Shown: positions 8,987-19,444 of the stretch, piece by piece | How the letters are laid out: every line of letters starts with the position of its first letter | How positions within the stretch are numbered: position 1 is the first letter of the stretch | Source of the DNA: a candidate division FCPU426 bacterium | Lineage (GTDB): Bacteria; Oederibacteriota; Muellerivitia; Muellerivitales; Muellerivitaceae | Length of the DNA: 64,000 bases | NCBI GenBank assembly: GCA_963796105.1 | Contig: CAWCKJ010000007.1 | Span: forward strand, 96,001 to 160,000 | Reading direction: 5' to 3' | The notes under the pieces: generated by a model | What the model saw: only the letters and a program-made list of their open reading frames with translations | Databases searched by the model: none | Told to the model about the DNA's origin: nothing | Position numbers and translations under genes: made by a program

Positions 8987-11900
8987 CTGGCTCGGGGCCA
9001 CCGGGTTGAAAGTCAAATCCAATACTTTCCTGCAAGCAACGGTGTAAATTTGCACGCGGGCTGAAACGGGTGAGGTGAGGCTCAGGCGCACTAACGTAAG
9101 GACATTTCCCTTGCAGGGGTTGGGATATAGGACGGCGCCGGAGGGGCCGCCGGGGGCGGCAGTGGCGGCGGGTGAGACCGTTGGGGTTAAGATAGGCGTG
9201 ACTGTAAATGCGCCATTTGAGGTTACGGTTGGCGTGGGGGTATTTGTAGGAGTGGAAGTGGCCACTGGGGTTATGGTCCCAGATGCCGTAAAAGTGGGTG
9301 TTTGAGAAGGGGTGAATGTGGGAGTCAGGGAAGGCGTTGGAGTAAACGTTGCCGAAGGCGTAATGGTGTTGGTTGGCGACGATGTAGGTGTTTTTGTGGC
9401 CGTCACCGTCGGGCTGGGAGTGGGCGTGAACGTGGTGGAGCAGTAAAAGGCGACCTGGTCCACCTCATAGCTGAAACTAACGCCATGCGATTCAGTGGCG
9501 AATTGTAAACCTGTCACGTCCGTGCCCGCGAAGGCGGTTGGGAGGCCCGTCTGGTAACCCCATCCCTGGGTTACCATTTGGGAAAAAGGGATCTGATAGA
9601 AGGTCCACTGGTTTTTAGGCGGGCTAAATGGATAACCGTAACTATCGTTATCGGTCACGGCTTGGCTCAGCACATTGGCGCGGTAGTTGTTGCCGTCCCC
9701 GTAAATCCAAAATTCAACTCCAATCACCCCTGCCCCGCTCAAGTTACAGGCAACCGGAGGCCAAGTCGAGCTCAAGCAGCTTTGGTAAATGCACCAGGAA
9801 GTGTTGGTGGCGGCCATCGAGCCGGAAACCTGGACGGCATATTTGGTACCCGTCGCCCCGGGCGAAACGCCATATTGAACTGTGGCGGCGGTTCCGTAGT
9901 TGTCAAATAACATGATCCATATTCCGCCCCAAAGGTTGACGCGGCCAGACGCCGTGTCACGGGTCAAGTTTTCAAAATCATCCACCATGATAGCGGGTCC
10001 GTAATTGGGCGTAGGCGTAATGGTGGGCGTGAGGGTAATGGTGGGTGTTTGGGTCGCCGTATTGGTGGGTTGGCCGGCTTTGGCGAATTGGAGGACGGTG
10101 ATGGAATAGGGCTGGAAAGTAACGGGGATATTTGAGGTAATTCCCGTCAAGGTAAAGCTGGTCGGGGCGGAATCCGGAGAGGCATGGTAGGGCGTAGTGC
10201 CGGTGGTCACCCACTGATAATTCGTGGAATTAAAGGACCAGCCGCTAGCGGTGCTGTTGGGAGTGAAAGGCAATCCCGTGATCATGGCGGCAAAGGAGTT
10301 GGAAGGATCCTTATTGACCACGGCCAGGGAGAAGACGCCGTCAGGCCGGTAGTCGGAGTAGGCCGCCAAGAGGGTGCTGGAAGCGCTGTTGGTAACCGTG
10401 GTGGAGATGAGCTGGTGGGGGTTGGTATCACCGGGGATGGCCCAGTCACTTGCCATCATCTGCATGGCCCAGTAGGTGGCGCGGGGTTGGTACTGAAAGC
10501 CGTCATTGATGTTGTTCAAATAACCAAGATCGCCATCCGTCGCGACGGTTTCTTCGTTTCCGCCGCCCAAGATATCAAAGAAGTTACTGAAGCCATGTGC
10601 GCCGAAATCGGTGATGAAGTGCCCCAGAACATCGGCCAACCAAAGGCCATTTCCTAGTTGAACCGTGAAAACGAGGTTGGGTTGGGCCGCATCCGCGTTA
10701 TATTCCGTCATCATGACCGGAACCGAAGTGGGGTTGAGGCCGGCCTCGGATAACCAGGAATGAAGTGTCGCGGGATAAGTGTCCAGGCTGCCGGCGCTGG
10801 TCAAGGCTTGGGAGGCGGAATAGGGGTTGGCGGGAGTGCCCCAATTGGGATACCAATGAAAATCGATGGCGTTAATCACGCCCGCGGCGCCACCCATGCT
10901 GACGAAATCCTGGATCATCGTGTTTCCGTCGTACAGATTGGAGGGAGCGGTAAAGCCTCCCGCCACGGGGCCCGTGATGGTGATCGTGGAATCCACCGCC
11001 TTCATGGCATTGTAATATTCGATATATCGCCTCGTGTAATCGCTCGCGTTCAGCGGGCCCCCTGTTTCCCAGGCCCCATGCATTTCATTTCCAATCTGCC
11101 AATACTTGATGCCGTAATTCATGGCCTTATTGGCGTAATATACCCAGCTGGCGGCTTCCGAAGCCGTGCCCGTGCCCATATTGACTGTGATCAAAGGAAT
11201 CGCGCGGGGGCTGAAGGAATTCACGTAGGCCATAAAGGAAGCGAAATCCCATGAAACGGTCGCGTCCTCCTCGCTGCCAGGATCCATGCTGGAAACCACT
11301 GTCCAGGTTTGGGCCGGAAGGCCGCTCGCGTCCAAAGTATCCGTGTTGCGGGTGACCTGTCCGCCGGGCCCGTAGACATAAAGTTCGGCGATAGAATAGG
11401 CGCCGCCCGCTCCCGCCGAACTGGAGGTCATTAAGATCCGCAAGTGTTCCATGCCCACCGCGCTGAAGGTTACCCCTTGGATGCCGCCCGTACTCGAAAA
11501 AGAGCCAATGGTTTGCCAATTAGATTCGGAAATGCCCTGCATGTAAGGCGGCGGATAGCCGTTAGGCCCGGCCCAATACTGGACTTGGAAAGAGGCGGCG
11601 TAGGGTGTTCCCCAGACGATGGTGACCGCGTTCACCATTGTCACCGTGTTCGAGGGATTGCCGTCCGGTCCAGTCAGGTCCAATTCCACCCATTGGTGGT
11701 TGGGGAAATTCGTGTCCATATTGGAAAGCCAAACGGCGGAAGAATCCCCATCGGTAAGGTTGGAGGGAATCCCATAAGAGGATGTGGTTCCAGTATAAAT
11801 GTCGAAATCGGTGAAACTTGGGCTGTAGGCGGCGCCGCTGGGAATCCAGAAATCGTTGATATAGCTTCCGCTTCCGTTCCAATGGAAGTTGTCGGCGGCG

Positions 11901-12154
11901 GAACCACCCGGGTAACGGAGAAAATAATTCCCCGCCGCCTGGACTTGCCTCTGGGTGTTCATGTATTCGGCCGCGTCAATCCAATCACCCGTGTTATTGC
12001 CGAAAATGTTGATGGGAACAAAAGAGGTCAAGGTTGTCGCGGCGTTGACCGTTATTGTAGTCGGAATGGTCTGGGCCAGTACAAACGGGGGCCAGACGGC
12101 TCCGATGACCGAGGTGAAAAACAGGAAGCTTATAATAAATTTCAAAGCCTTCAA
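8870..12154 (-). CDS. Secreted multidomain clan GH-A glycoside hydrolase (GH51/GH44-like) with discoidin-like insert, CBM11/CIA30-like domain, Thr/Pro linkers and C-terminal sorting-like domain
   Basis: RYPGGS, YWQIGNE (acid/base), FHWYP, MMTEYN (nucleophile); VDDFE...W..YQIPFS domain; YPNP...IYTVACRKV...LADGLYYV tail. TTG 12154 preferred as start because the ORF-track start 12190 lies in a duplicated segment. Confidence 0.8.
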   Translation of the reverse strand: MKALKFIISFLFFTSVIGAVWPPFVLAQTIPTTITVNAATTLTSFVPINIFGNNTGDWIDAAEYMNTQRQVQAAGNYFLRYPGGSAADNFHWNGSGSYINDFWIPSGAAYSPSFTDFDIYTGTTSSYGIPSNLTDGDSSAVWLSNMDTNFPNHQWVELDLTGPDGNPSNTVTMVNAVTIVWGTPYAASFQVQYWAGPNGYPPPYMQGISESNWQTIGSFSSTGGIQGVTFSAVGMEHLRILMTSSSAGAGGAYSIAELYVYGPGGQVTRNTDTLDASGLPAQTWTVVSSMDPGSEEDATVSWDFASFMAYVNSFSPRAIPLITVNMGTGTASEAASWVYYANKAMNYGIKYWQIGNEMHGAWETGGPLNASDYTRRYIEYYNAMKAVDSTITITGPVAGGFTAPSNLYDGNTMIQDFVSMGGAAGVINAIDFHWYPNWGTPANPYSASQALTSAGSLDTYPATLHSWLSEAGLNPTSVPVMMTEYNADAAQPNLVFTVQLGNGLWLADVLGHFITDFGAHGFSNFFDILGGGNEETVATDGDLGYLNNINDGFQYQPRATYWAMQMMASDWAIPGDTNPHQLISTTVTNSASSTLLAAYSDYRPDGVFSLAVVNKDPSNSFAAMITGLPFTPNSTASGWSFNSTNYQWVTTGTTPYHASPDSAPTSFTLTGITSNIPVTFQPYSITVLQFAKAGQPTNTATQTPTITLTPTITPTPNYGPAIMVDDFENLTRDTASGRVNLWGGIWIMLFDNYGTAATVQYGVSPGATGTKYAVQVSGSMAATNTSWCIYQSCLSSTWPPVACNLSGAGVIGVEFWIYGDGNNYRANVLSQAVTDNDSYGYPFSPPKNQWTFYQIPFSQMVTQGWGYQTGLPTAFAGTDVTGLQFATESHGVSFSYEVDQVAFYCSTTFTPTPSPTVTATKTPTSSPTNTITPSATFTPTPSLTPTFTPSQTPTFTASGTITPVATSTPTNTPTPTVTSNGAFTVTPILTPTVSPAATAAPGGPSGAVLYPNPCKGNVLTLVRLSLTSPVSARVQIYTVACRKVLDLTFNPVAPSQVLPLPLADQDGVPLADGLYYVAVTVKGQRQILKWLVLR

Positions 12155-12171
12155 GTAAAACCTTTTTCTTT

Positions 12172-12288
12172 CTACCTCAAGACCAGCCACTTGAGGATTT
12201 GCCTTTGCCCCTTCACCGTTACCGCCACGTAATAAAGCCCGTCGGCCAGGGGAATGCCGTCCTGATCCGCCAAGGGAAGGGGCAATAC
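12172..12288 (-). repeat. 117-bp direct repeat, copy 2 (orphan gene tail upstream of the hydrolase)
   Basis: CTACCTCAAGACCAGCC...GGGGCAATAC, as at 8870-8986. Confidence 0.95.
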
Positions 12289-12394
12289 TCCCTTTTCAAC
12301 TTATTTAAAATGCCTATTCCAAAAGTCGCATCCGCTTTATGGGCGCTAACAAAGAAAGGGGCTTTGCGTAAGCAGGTCCAATTAAAATTTTGGT

Positions 12395-12470
12395 TTAATT
12401 GATGGTGACGTCGTCAATAAAGAGGTTCACGGTATTAAAGGGGCCCGTCGCCATAGAACTGTTGACGAAA
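12395..12470 (-). pseudogene. Orphan 3' tail of a paralogue of 12509-14101
   Basis: Translates ...ATGPFNTVNLFIDDVTIN*, compared with ...TSGPFNTVDFYLDDFSIE* at the end of the neighbouring gene. Confidence 0.65.
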
Positions 12471-12508
12471 GGTCGTCCCTTGATTCTTTCCGCACGGAAA
12501 CGCACGAT

Positions 12509-14101
12509 TTATTCAATGCTGAAATCGTCAAGGTAAAAGTCAACGGTATTAAATGGACCCGATGTGCCTGAAGCCCCCGTGTAAAGGCTTATTGTAATTT
12601 CCCAAACTGCGGTAGGATCAATGCTACCATGGCCGCCATAAATGATCGGATATGTAATTTGCGTCCAAACCCCGGTAGTTAAAGTCACCGATTCTCCGCC
12701 ATCCCCATACAAAGTATCCACATCCAATCCTAACTGGTTGCCACTAGCATCGGGAAGTTGATTGATGTAATACCAGAAAGAAATTGATTTTCCGGTTAAG
12801 TTAACAGGAGGGTTGAAATTATAAAAGATCTCCCCAAACTGTGCGGCTCCGGAAAATAAGAATGTAGCGCAAGCGGATTGGCTTCCCGAATGAGACTCAG
12901 CGATTGTAAGCGCTAACGGCGATGCTGTTTCTCCGCTGCTCCAGGATCTCCATCCAGTAGGCAATGATGATTCCTCAAACCCTTCAGCCGGAAAAGTATC
13001 GACCGTGGAAGTTGGGGTGACGGTAGCGGTGAATGTTTCCGTGGCCGTGTTAGTAATGGTCGGAGTATTAGACGCCGTTGGTGTCGAATCAACCGCCTGC
13101 GACCCGTTGATAATACCCGGTTGGCCCGCTGTCCCGTTAATAGCTGAATTGCTTCCAGTCCCACCAGCCCCACCATTCACCTCCATAAAACCGGAAAAAG
13201 GAGGAGCATTAATATCAATAATTCCACCGCCGCCGCCACCCCCTCCACCAGCCTGCGCAGAATTTTCTCCCGACCCGCCATTAGCGGAAATAGTGCCGTT
13301 ACCTAGGAAATATGGGACTGCGATATATATCCCGCCGCCTGCGCCACCCCCGCTGCCGTTGCAATACCCCACACTGCCTCCTACGGATTGGCCGTCCATA
13401 TCAATAGTTCCATTGATGGTGACAGCTACGTTTCCAGAACCCGAACCCGAGGCAACTATCCACAATAAAGCCCCACCGCTTCCCCCTGAGTTGGACGGAC
13501 AATTTCCACTACCTCCCCCACTACCCATTAAACCGGGGACAGTAGTGTCGTTTTTATTTGTCGAAAGTGTGTTTGGCGTCGCCCCGTCGCCACCAGAACC
13601 CCCATGACCACCGCCTGTGCCAGTGGAACCTCCTCCACCAGTGCCAAGTCCCGGACCATAGCCCAAGCCGACGCCGTTGATCGAACCACCGGCTTCCGCC
13701 GTTAGGTACTGGTAGATATCAAGGGTCACCGCCCCGTTGATATAAAGCGTTCCTCCAGGGGATATAACAATATCCTCATAAATATAAGTCCCGGACGTTA
13801 GTGTGACCGATCCGGTAACATTGAGGGTGGGAAGGGGCGTTGCTGTGGAGGTCGCTGTTTTAGTTGGTGTGGAACTCACGGTTGGCGTATTGGTAATAGT
13901 CGGGGTTGGGCTCGCGGTGAAAGTCACCGTAAGCGTCATCGAATTCGTCGGCGTAATGGTTTGCGTCAGTGTTGGAGTGATGGTCGGACTTTGAATGGTA
14001 ATAGGCTTGGCGGGAGTGCTGATGGAGGAACTACAAGCGCCGGTCAGGGCCGCTGCCACCGCGAGGATGAGGACCGAGGCCCAAACGGATTTGTTCCCCA
14101 T
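12509..14101 (-). CDS. Lipoprotein: Thr/Pro stalk, Gly-rich domain, C-terminal carbohydrate-binding-like domain
   Basis: MGNKSVWAS...LTGAC lipobox, TPT repeats, GGGAGGG repeats, ends FYLDDF. Confidence 0.8.
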   Translation of the reverse strand: MGNKSVWASVLILAVAAALTGACSSSISTPAKPITIQSPTITPTLTQTITPTNSMTLTVTFTASPTPTITNTPTVSSTPTKTATSTATPLPTLNVTGSVTLTSGTYIYEDIVISPGGTLYINGAVTLDIYQYLTAEAGGSINGVGLGYGPGLGTGGGGSTGTGGGHGGSGGDGATPNTLSTNKNDTTVPGLMGSGGGSGNCPSNSGGSGGALLWIVASGSGSGNVAVTINGTIDMDGQSVGGSVGYCNGSGGGAGGGIYIAVPYFLGNGTISANGGSGENSAQAGGGGGGGGGIIDINAPPFSGFMEVNGGAGGTGSNSAINGTAGQPGIINGSQAVDSTPTASNTPTITNTATETFTATVTPTSTVDTFPAEGFEESSLPTGWRSWSSGETASPLALTIAESHSGSQSACATFLFSGAAQFGEIFYNFNPPVNLTGKSISFWYYINQLPDASGNQLGLDVDTLYGDGGESVTLTTGVWTQITYPIIYGGHGSIDPTAVWEITISLYTGASGTSGPFNTVDFYLDDFSIE

Positions 14102-14247
14102 ACCGATACCCCTTGAATTTATTCCCCGCCTCAAGAAAACAAGGGGGTATTAGCATTAAACTTAACCCTATTCAGTCTGGCTAAAGTTAAACCGGCATTC
14201 TTGAACAAGGAGCACTTGAATTTTTCTCAGCGAAAATAAAAAATAAC

Positions 14248-14805
14248 TTAAAAGTGCAATGCCGCCGTGACCTTGGGGCCGTAAGCCATGGCCGTCGTAA
14301 ATTCCGACCGACTCAAGAGGCCCACATTGATTCCAAGAGAGTATTTATCAACCGGAAATTCCAACAGATCCCCAAAACTTTTGTGTTTCAATTCTTTGAG
14401 CTTATCGTTGTGCTGGGAAGCTTCCATCGGCGCAAAAATCATGCTGGAAACCCACCCGCCCAGCCCTAAACCGAGTCCAATTTCCAGTCCGGTGTAATCC
14501 GTTTGGCCATAAGCGTTGATGCCGGTTCCTGATGGAAAACAGACCAGAACCACTGCCCCGCTTACGACAAATACATCGCAGAAAATCCCTACCGTAACAT
14601 CAACACCATCCCCGACATAATATTGGCCTAACCCGGGGACAAGAAATGAGTATAGGAAAGCCAAATTAGCATCCTTTTCATTCTCATTGTCCGGCATGAT
14701 CGTTCGTGGGAGAGGCTCACCACTCGCGTTTTGGGGAAAACAAGGCGTCATCAGCAACAACCCCATAAGCAAAATGCCCGCCCAGTGAATCCTGAAATAT
14801 TTCAT
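14248..14805 (-). CDS. Hypothetical exported/membrane protein
   Basis: Signal peptide; AFLYSFLVPGLGQYY motif followed by hydrophobic segments; GGGGG RBS. Confidence 0.7.
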   Translation of the reverse strand: MKYFRIHWAGILLMGLLLMTPCFPQNASGEPLPRTIMPDNENEKDANLAFLYSFLVPGLGQYYVGDGVDVTVGIFCDVFVVSGAVVLVCFPSGTGINAYGQTDYTGLEIGLGLGLGGWVSSMIFAPMEASQHNDKLKELKHKSFGDLLEFPVDKYSLGINVGLLSRSEFTTAMAYGPKVTAALHF

Positions 14806-14988
14806 AACCCCCCCCTTAAAAATTTCTCATTTCACGTTCAATTGCATTGGTACTTTCAAACCATTTATAGTAAGTGGCTCCCGCATTTGTTGTTAAGAAT
14901 TATCTAATGCGTTGGTGCATTTCTAAAAATAAGAAAACCGCGTTCCAAATGAAAATTTTACACAAACACTAATGCGTATTAACGCGAA

Positions 14989-15584
14989 CTAGAATTCAAC
15001 CAATTTGGCAGTAGGAGAGCCATCTTTTATAAGGATGATGCTTCCGGCCATCGCGGCTAGGCTTATACCGCTAATAGTCAATCCATTTGAGACCGCATTG
15101 TCAGAACTACCGGCAAAAGATCCAGCTCCGACAATAATTCCGAGAAGACTGCCAATGACAAGAGCGGCGCCTGTTAGGGTTTCCGCGCTTTTACCTTCTG
15201 TTAATTCCCAGGTTTGTGTCCCCCCATTCGCGCTTACGTGAAAACTGGGGCCAGGAGAGCCAGCTAGGGAATAAAACCCATTGGGCAGTTCCAATTCCGC
15301 GGGGGCCTCACAAAGAAGCTTGCTAGTTTCACCATACCCATTAAGAGTTGCGTTTAATCCGCTCGCGGAAATTTCGGTTTGGTTTAAAATTCGCTTTATT
15401 GACATTGTTTTATTACTTTCGCTTTTAAAATGAGTTTAGTGACTCCAGCTTGCATGTTTTGCCCATTTTCCTTAAGTACGCGAATACCTGATGAATCCTT
15501 GGCCCGAACGTAAAGCGGTAAAAAAACAATCGAGACGATCAATAAAAACTGCAACCCCATCATTTTTCCACGGAACATTTTCAT
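14989..15584 (-). CDS. Hypothetical membrane protein, probably one gene split by a one-base frameshift near 15428
   Basis: Adding one A to the A4 run (minus strand) joins ORF 15396-15584 (signal peptide) to ORF 14989-15405. Confidence 0.55.
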
Positions 15585-15738
15585 AAAATCTTCTCCTTCT
15601 GGAAATAGAACTAAACTTTAGTGATGACCGCGACATTCCCCCTTCAAATGTGTGAACATTCTCATATCCTTGCGTTTTTAGATTTTATATTTCTTTCAAG
15701 CCTAGAGGTTTCCACGGCCTTTTTAATACCGTTTAGGG

Positions 15739-16545
15739 CTAAGGACAAGTCTGCCCTTGGATGGAATAGATGGAACCCAAAAGGGCAGTGCCACCCGACC
15801 ATGTCAGTGGAAAATAGTATTGTCCGGGCGTTTCCGTGCCAGGAAAACTAGTCTCCACAAAACCAATGCTTCCTGTAGGCGAGGACAATTTTACGCTTGA
15901 ATAAAAAACCAACCAATAAGTGGTTGCGCTTGTGATACTGACCGATGTCTGCAATGGATATGAAAACCAAGCGTCCGACGAAACAGTCCCTAACGGTAAA
16001 GATTGGAAGCCTGTCTCTGAAAGTAAATTTCCCGGGAATAATGAACTATCGGAATAAATACCAAGTTCCAAACCCACTGCGCTTCCAGTCGCGGGGATAT
16101 AAATCTCAAGGCTATTCAAAGTTGTACTGGAAGTGGCTGAAAAGGATTGGGCGTAAAGATTATTTCCAATGGCGGTTCCAGCCGCGCCCGTGTTGCTCGT
16201 TCCTAAAACCGTGCTTGAGTTGCATGTCGGCGTAATCGTAGGCGTCGATGTCGGCGTGGGCGTATAGGTGGAGGTGCCCGTTTTGGTCGGTGTGGCAGTT
16301 ACTGTTGGTGTTCTGGTTTTTGTCGGCGTATTGGTCCCCGTAAAAGTCGCCGTTACCAAAATAGTCACGGGTGTATCGGTACTGGTGGGCGTGGCGGTGA
16401 TGGTATAGGTGGGTGTTATGGTTGGGGTTGACGTAGGATTATTATGTGGGGAAGAGGGATTACTGGAATTGTTGGAGCATGACACGGCAAAGACCGCCGC
16501 CGCCATGAGTACAAAAATGACCGCCCAAACGGATTTATTTACCAT
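15739..16545 (-). CDS. Lipoprotein with Thr/Pro stalk and beta-rich head domain
   Basis: MVNKSVWAVIF...AVSC lipobox, SNNSSNPSSP, TPT repeats. Confidence 0.8.
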   Translation of the reverse strand: MVNKSVWAVIFVLMAAAVFAVSCSNNSSNPSSPHNNPTSTPTITPTYTITATPTSTDTPVTILVTATFTGTNTPTKTRTPTVTATPTKTGTSTYTPTPTSTPTITPTCNSSTVLGTSNTGAAGTAIGNNLYAQSFSATSSTTLNSLEIYIPATGSAVGLELGIYSDSSLFPGNLLSETGFQSLPLGTVSSDAWFSYPLQTSVSITSATTYWLVFYSSVKLSSPTGSIGFVETSFPGTETPGQYYFPLTWSGGTALLGSIYSIQGQTCP

Positions 16546-16653
16546 TTAAATTCTCCCCATTTGAATTAAAAACAAAAGCCCCACACCGCAAACGCTGTCA
16601 GTGAAAAAAATCCCAGCCGCGACTGGCCAGGAACTTCTTCCAGACCCGCATTC

Positions 16654-17274
16654 CTATGTTGGCCAATGCAAGGTCCAAGCATCATTTACATTGCAATCGG
16701 TGACAGTATCATCAAAAGTCACGGTATTCGGCCCCGAACTGATCGTTGCCGTAAATTCGCATTGTGCTTGATTGCTGCACCAATAAAGGCCGGTAGGGTT
16801 ATTGGCCGTGAATAATTCGAAAGTAAGAACATACTGCCCGGGAGTTGCGTTGTAAAAAATCGTGACGGCATTCATGCTGGTATAAGGATCTCCTTGCGCG
16901 TTTTGGCACGTATAAAAAGCAGAACCCAGGCCATTCGCGCTGCCGTCCATAGTTACGATGAGTGAATACCCGCAGGGATTTTTTAAATTAAAAAGCACGT
17001 AGCCTTTTGCCGGCGCTTGCGTAGGAGTCATGGTGGGTGTTGAGGTAATGACGGCCGTCGGGATCATTGTGTGGGTTTTAGTGGGGGTGGCGGTTGGCGT
17101 ACTTGTATAAATGGGTGTGATAGTTCTCGTGAGAGTGGGGGTAAGGGTCGGGGTTGCTGTAGGATTATTATTTTGCGGGGAAGAAGGATTACTGGAATTG
17201 TTGGAGCATGACCCTGAAAAGACCGCCGCCGCTATAAGTATAAAAATGACTGCCCAAACGGATTTATTTTCCAT
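16654..17274 (-). CDS. Lipoprotein with Thr/Pro stalk and Cys-containing head domain
   Basis: MENKSVWAVIF...SGSC lipobox; 5' end similar at DNA level to that of 15739-16545. Confidence 0.8.
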   Translation of the reverse strand: MENKSVWAVIFILIAAAVFSGSCSNNSSNPSSPQNNNPTATPTLTPTLTRTITPIYTSTPTATPTKTHTMIPTAVITSTPTMTPTQAPAKGYVLFNLKNPCGYSLIVTMDGSANGLGSAFYTCQNAQGDPYTSMNAVTIFYNATPGQYVLTFELFTANNPTGLYWCSNQAQCEFTATISSGPNTVTFDDTVTDCNVNDAWTLHWPT

Positions 17275-17774
17275 TTAAATTCTCCCCAAATAATTGTTGA
17301 TTAACTTGTTGGATGTTAAATGCGTCGATATGCCTTGAATATGGCTGTCATCATACAAGTGCGATTAAATCGTGTGAATAAAATAAAAATAATTTTATGA
17401 TGTGAATGTAAATTTTGAGTCAAGCAGTTACCAATGGTTACCATTAAATTTTAATGCCGGGCTTATTAAACAGTTTTTAGAAGTAACGGCCTGGCTTTTG
17501 CCCGGGTTTCGTTTTTTAGCGGGAATCAAAACAATATCGAGTGGTACAAATTCCGATTGTTGCCCCTGAAAGCGGTATCAAAAACCTTCTATTGGGGTTG
17601 GATGGGTTTAGAAATTCATTATTTAGGTTTAAATTGTAAGAATTATGCGGTTTTGACCGAGAATGGGGACTAGCATTGACCTCCGCTGGCGCTCATCGTC
17701 GTCATGGCAAGGCCGGACCCAGATGAAACCAACCGCCAATTTGAGCCATGGGAAATGGATGAGAGAGAAGATCC

Positions 17775-19202
17775 TTATTGGATTTTTCGGATGAGGCTGT
17801 TGCCCGTGTCGGCAACATAGACATTTCCCGCGGAATCCACCGCGATTCCTTGGGGATAATTGAAGGACGCGCCTGTCCCGGTGCCATCGGCATGCCCCAC
17901 TGTGCCGGCCTGTCCCGCCAGGGTGGAAACAGTTCCAGAGGTGATTTTTCGGATGAGCTGGTTGCCGGTATCCGCCACGTAGACATTCCCGTAGTTATCC
18001 ACCGCGACTCCGTCGGGAAAGCTGAAAGACGCGGATGCAACGGATCCGTTCATGCTCCCAGTCACGCCCGCCTGGCCCGCCAGGGTTGACACCGTCCCGT
18101 CGGGGGCGATTTCCCGGATAAGGCTGTTACTCGTATCTGCCACATAGACGTTGCCGGAGGAATCCACCGCGACGCCATTCGGATAATAGAATGATGAAGC
18201 TGATCCGGGGCCGTTGGAGGACCCTGTCACGCCCGCCTGTCCGGCCAAGGTGGTCACATCGCCCCCCGGTAAAAACTTCCGGATGAAATGGTTATCGGTG
18301 TCCGCCACGTAGATGTTCCCGGAGGAATCCACCGCGACTCCCGAGGGATAACTGAATAACGCGGCCGTCGCCGGCCCGTTCAAGGATCCTGTCACGCCCG
18401 CCTGCCCCGTTAAAGTTGATACCGCGGCTCCTGAGCCGATGATCCGGATGAGGCTGTTACTTGTGTCGGCCACATAGACGTTGCCGGTGGAATCAACCGC
18501 GACGCCATACGGATAATAGAAGGATGCGCTGGTTCCGTTTCCATTGGCATGCCCGGTCACGCCGGCCTGCCCCGCCACGGTCGACACGATACCGCCGGAA
18601 GTGATGATACGAATGAGTTGATTGTTTGAGTCCCCCACGTAGATGTTCCCGGAAGTATCCATGGCCACTCCATCGGGAAACCCGAACGTCGAGGAGGTCC
18701 CTGTTGACGCGTTAATGGCCCCGGTCACGCCCGCCTGGCCGGCAATAGTTGTGACAGCCCCGCCGTTATTGTGGGTGGAGGTAATAGTCATGGTGAACGT
18801 TTGGGTGCTCGTGGGTGTTTTCGTCGTCGTGTTCGTGGGCGTGGAAGTCATGTTGTTCGTGGGTGAATAAGTCGGCGACGGGGTTGGTGTCAGGCTGAGC
18901 GTGGGATTGGGGGTGTTCGTGGGGGTTAAAGTCAGACTGCTCGTAGGAGTATAGGTCGGCGTTTTGGTTCCGGTCTGGCTGGGAGTGGGTGTGCCCGTGG
19001 GTGTTAAAGTTAGACTGCTCGTAGGGGTATAGGTCGGGGTGGGAACCCCATTTTCAGGAGAGGAAGGATTACTATTACTCTTACATCCCGCCGAAAAGAT
19101 CGCAACCGGAATTACCGCCGCCGTCATTATGGAGAAAACCATGAATATCTTGCGTAACGGAGTTTCATTTTCCGGACGAAAACCAACCCCAGGATTGAGC
19201 AT
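17775..19202 (-). CDS. NHL-repeat beta-propeller lipoprotein with Thr/Pro stalk
   Basis: Six P.GVAVD..GN.YV.D..N..IR.I repeats; SAGC lipobox; start uncertain. Confidence 0.88.
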   Translation of the reverse strand: MLNPGVGFRPENETPLRKIFMVFSIMTAAVIPVAIFSAGCKSNSNPSSPENGVPTPTYTPTSSLTLTPTGTPTPSQTGTKTPTYTPTSSLTLTPTNTPNPTLSLTPTPSPTYSPTNNMTSTPTNTTTKTPTSTQTFTMTITSTHNNGGAVTTIAGQAGVTGAINASTGTSSTFGFPDGVAMDTSGNIYVGDSNNQLIRIITSGGIVSTVAGQAGVTGHANGNGTSASFYYPYGVAVDSTGNVYVADTSNSLIRIIGSGAAVSTLTGQAGVTGSLNGPATAALFSYPSGVAVDSSGNIYVADTDNHFIRKFLPGGDVTTLAGQAGVTGSSNGPGSASSFYYPNGVAVDSSGNVYVADTSNSLIREIAPDGTVSTLAGQAGVTGSMNGSVASASFSFPDGVAVDNYGNVYVADTGNQLIRKITSGTVSTLAGQAGTVGHADGTGTGASFNYPQGIAVDSAGNVYVADTGNSLIRKIQ

Positions 19203-19444
19203 TTTACTTTCTCCCCTTTTTATTATTTACGCGCTTTACTAAATATAGAACCAAACTGATTTTGAATATTAAAAAAATATTTATCCACCGATGGTTTATC
19301 ATTGTCCTAAAACATCAATAGAAAAAAAGGAAGAACCGGCGCATGCCGGTGATCTTTTAATAATAGAAACGCGGTTAGCATAGCAACGATCAAAGGATTT
19401 TCCAATATTTTCGAATCCACGGTTTCCAAAAGAAACGGAACTAA

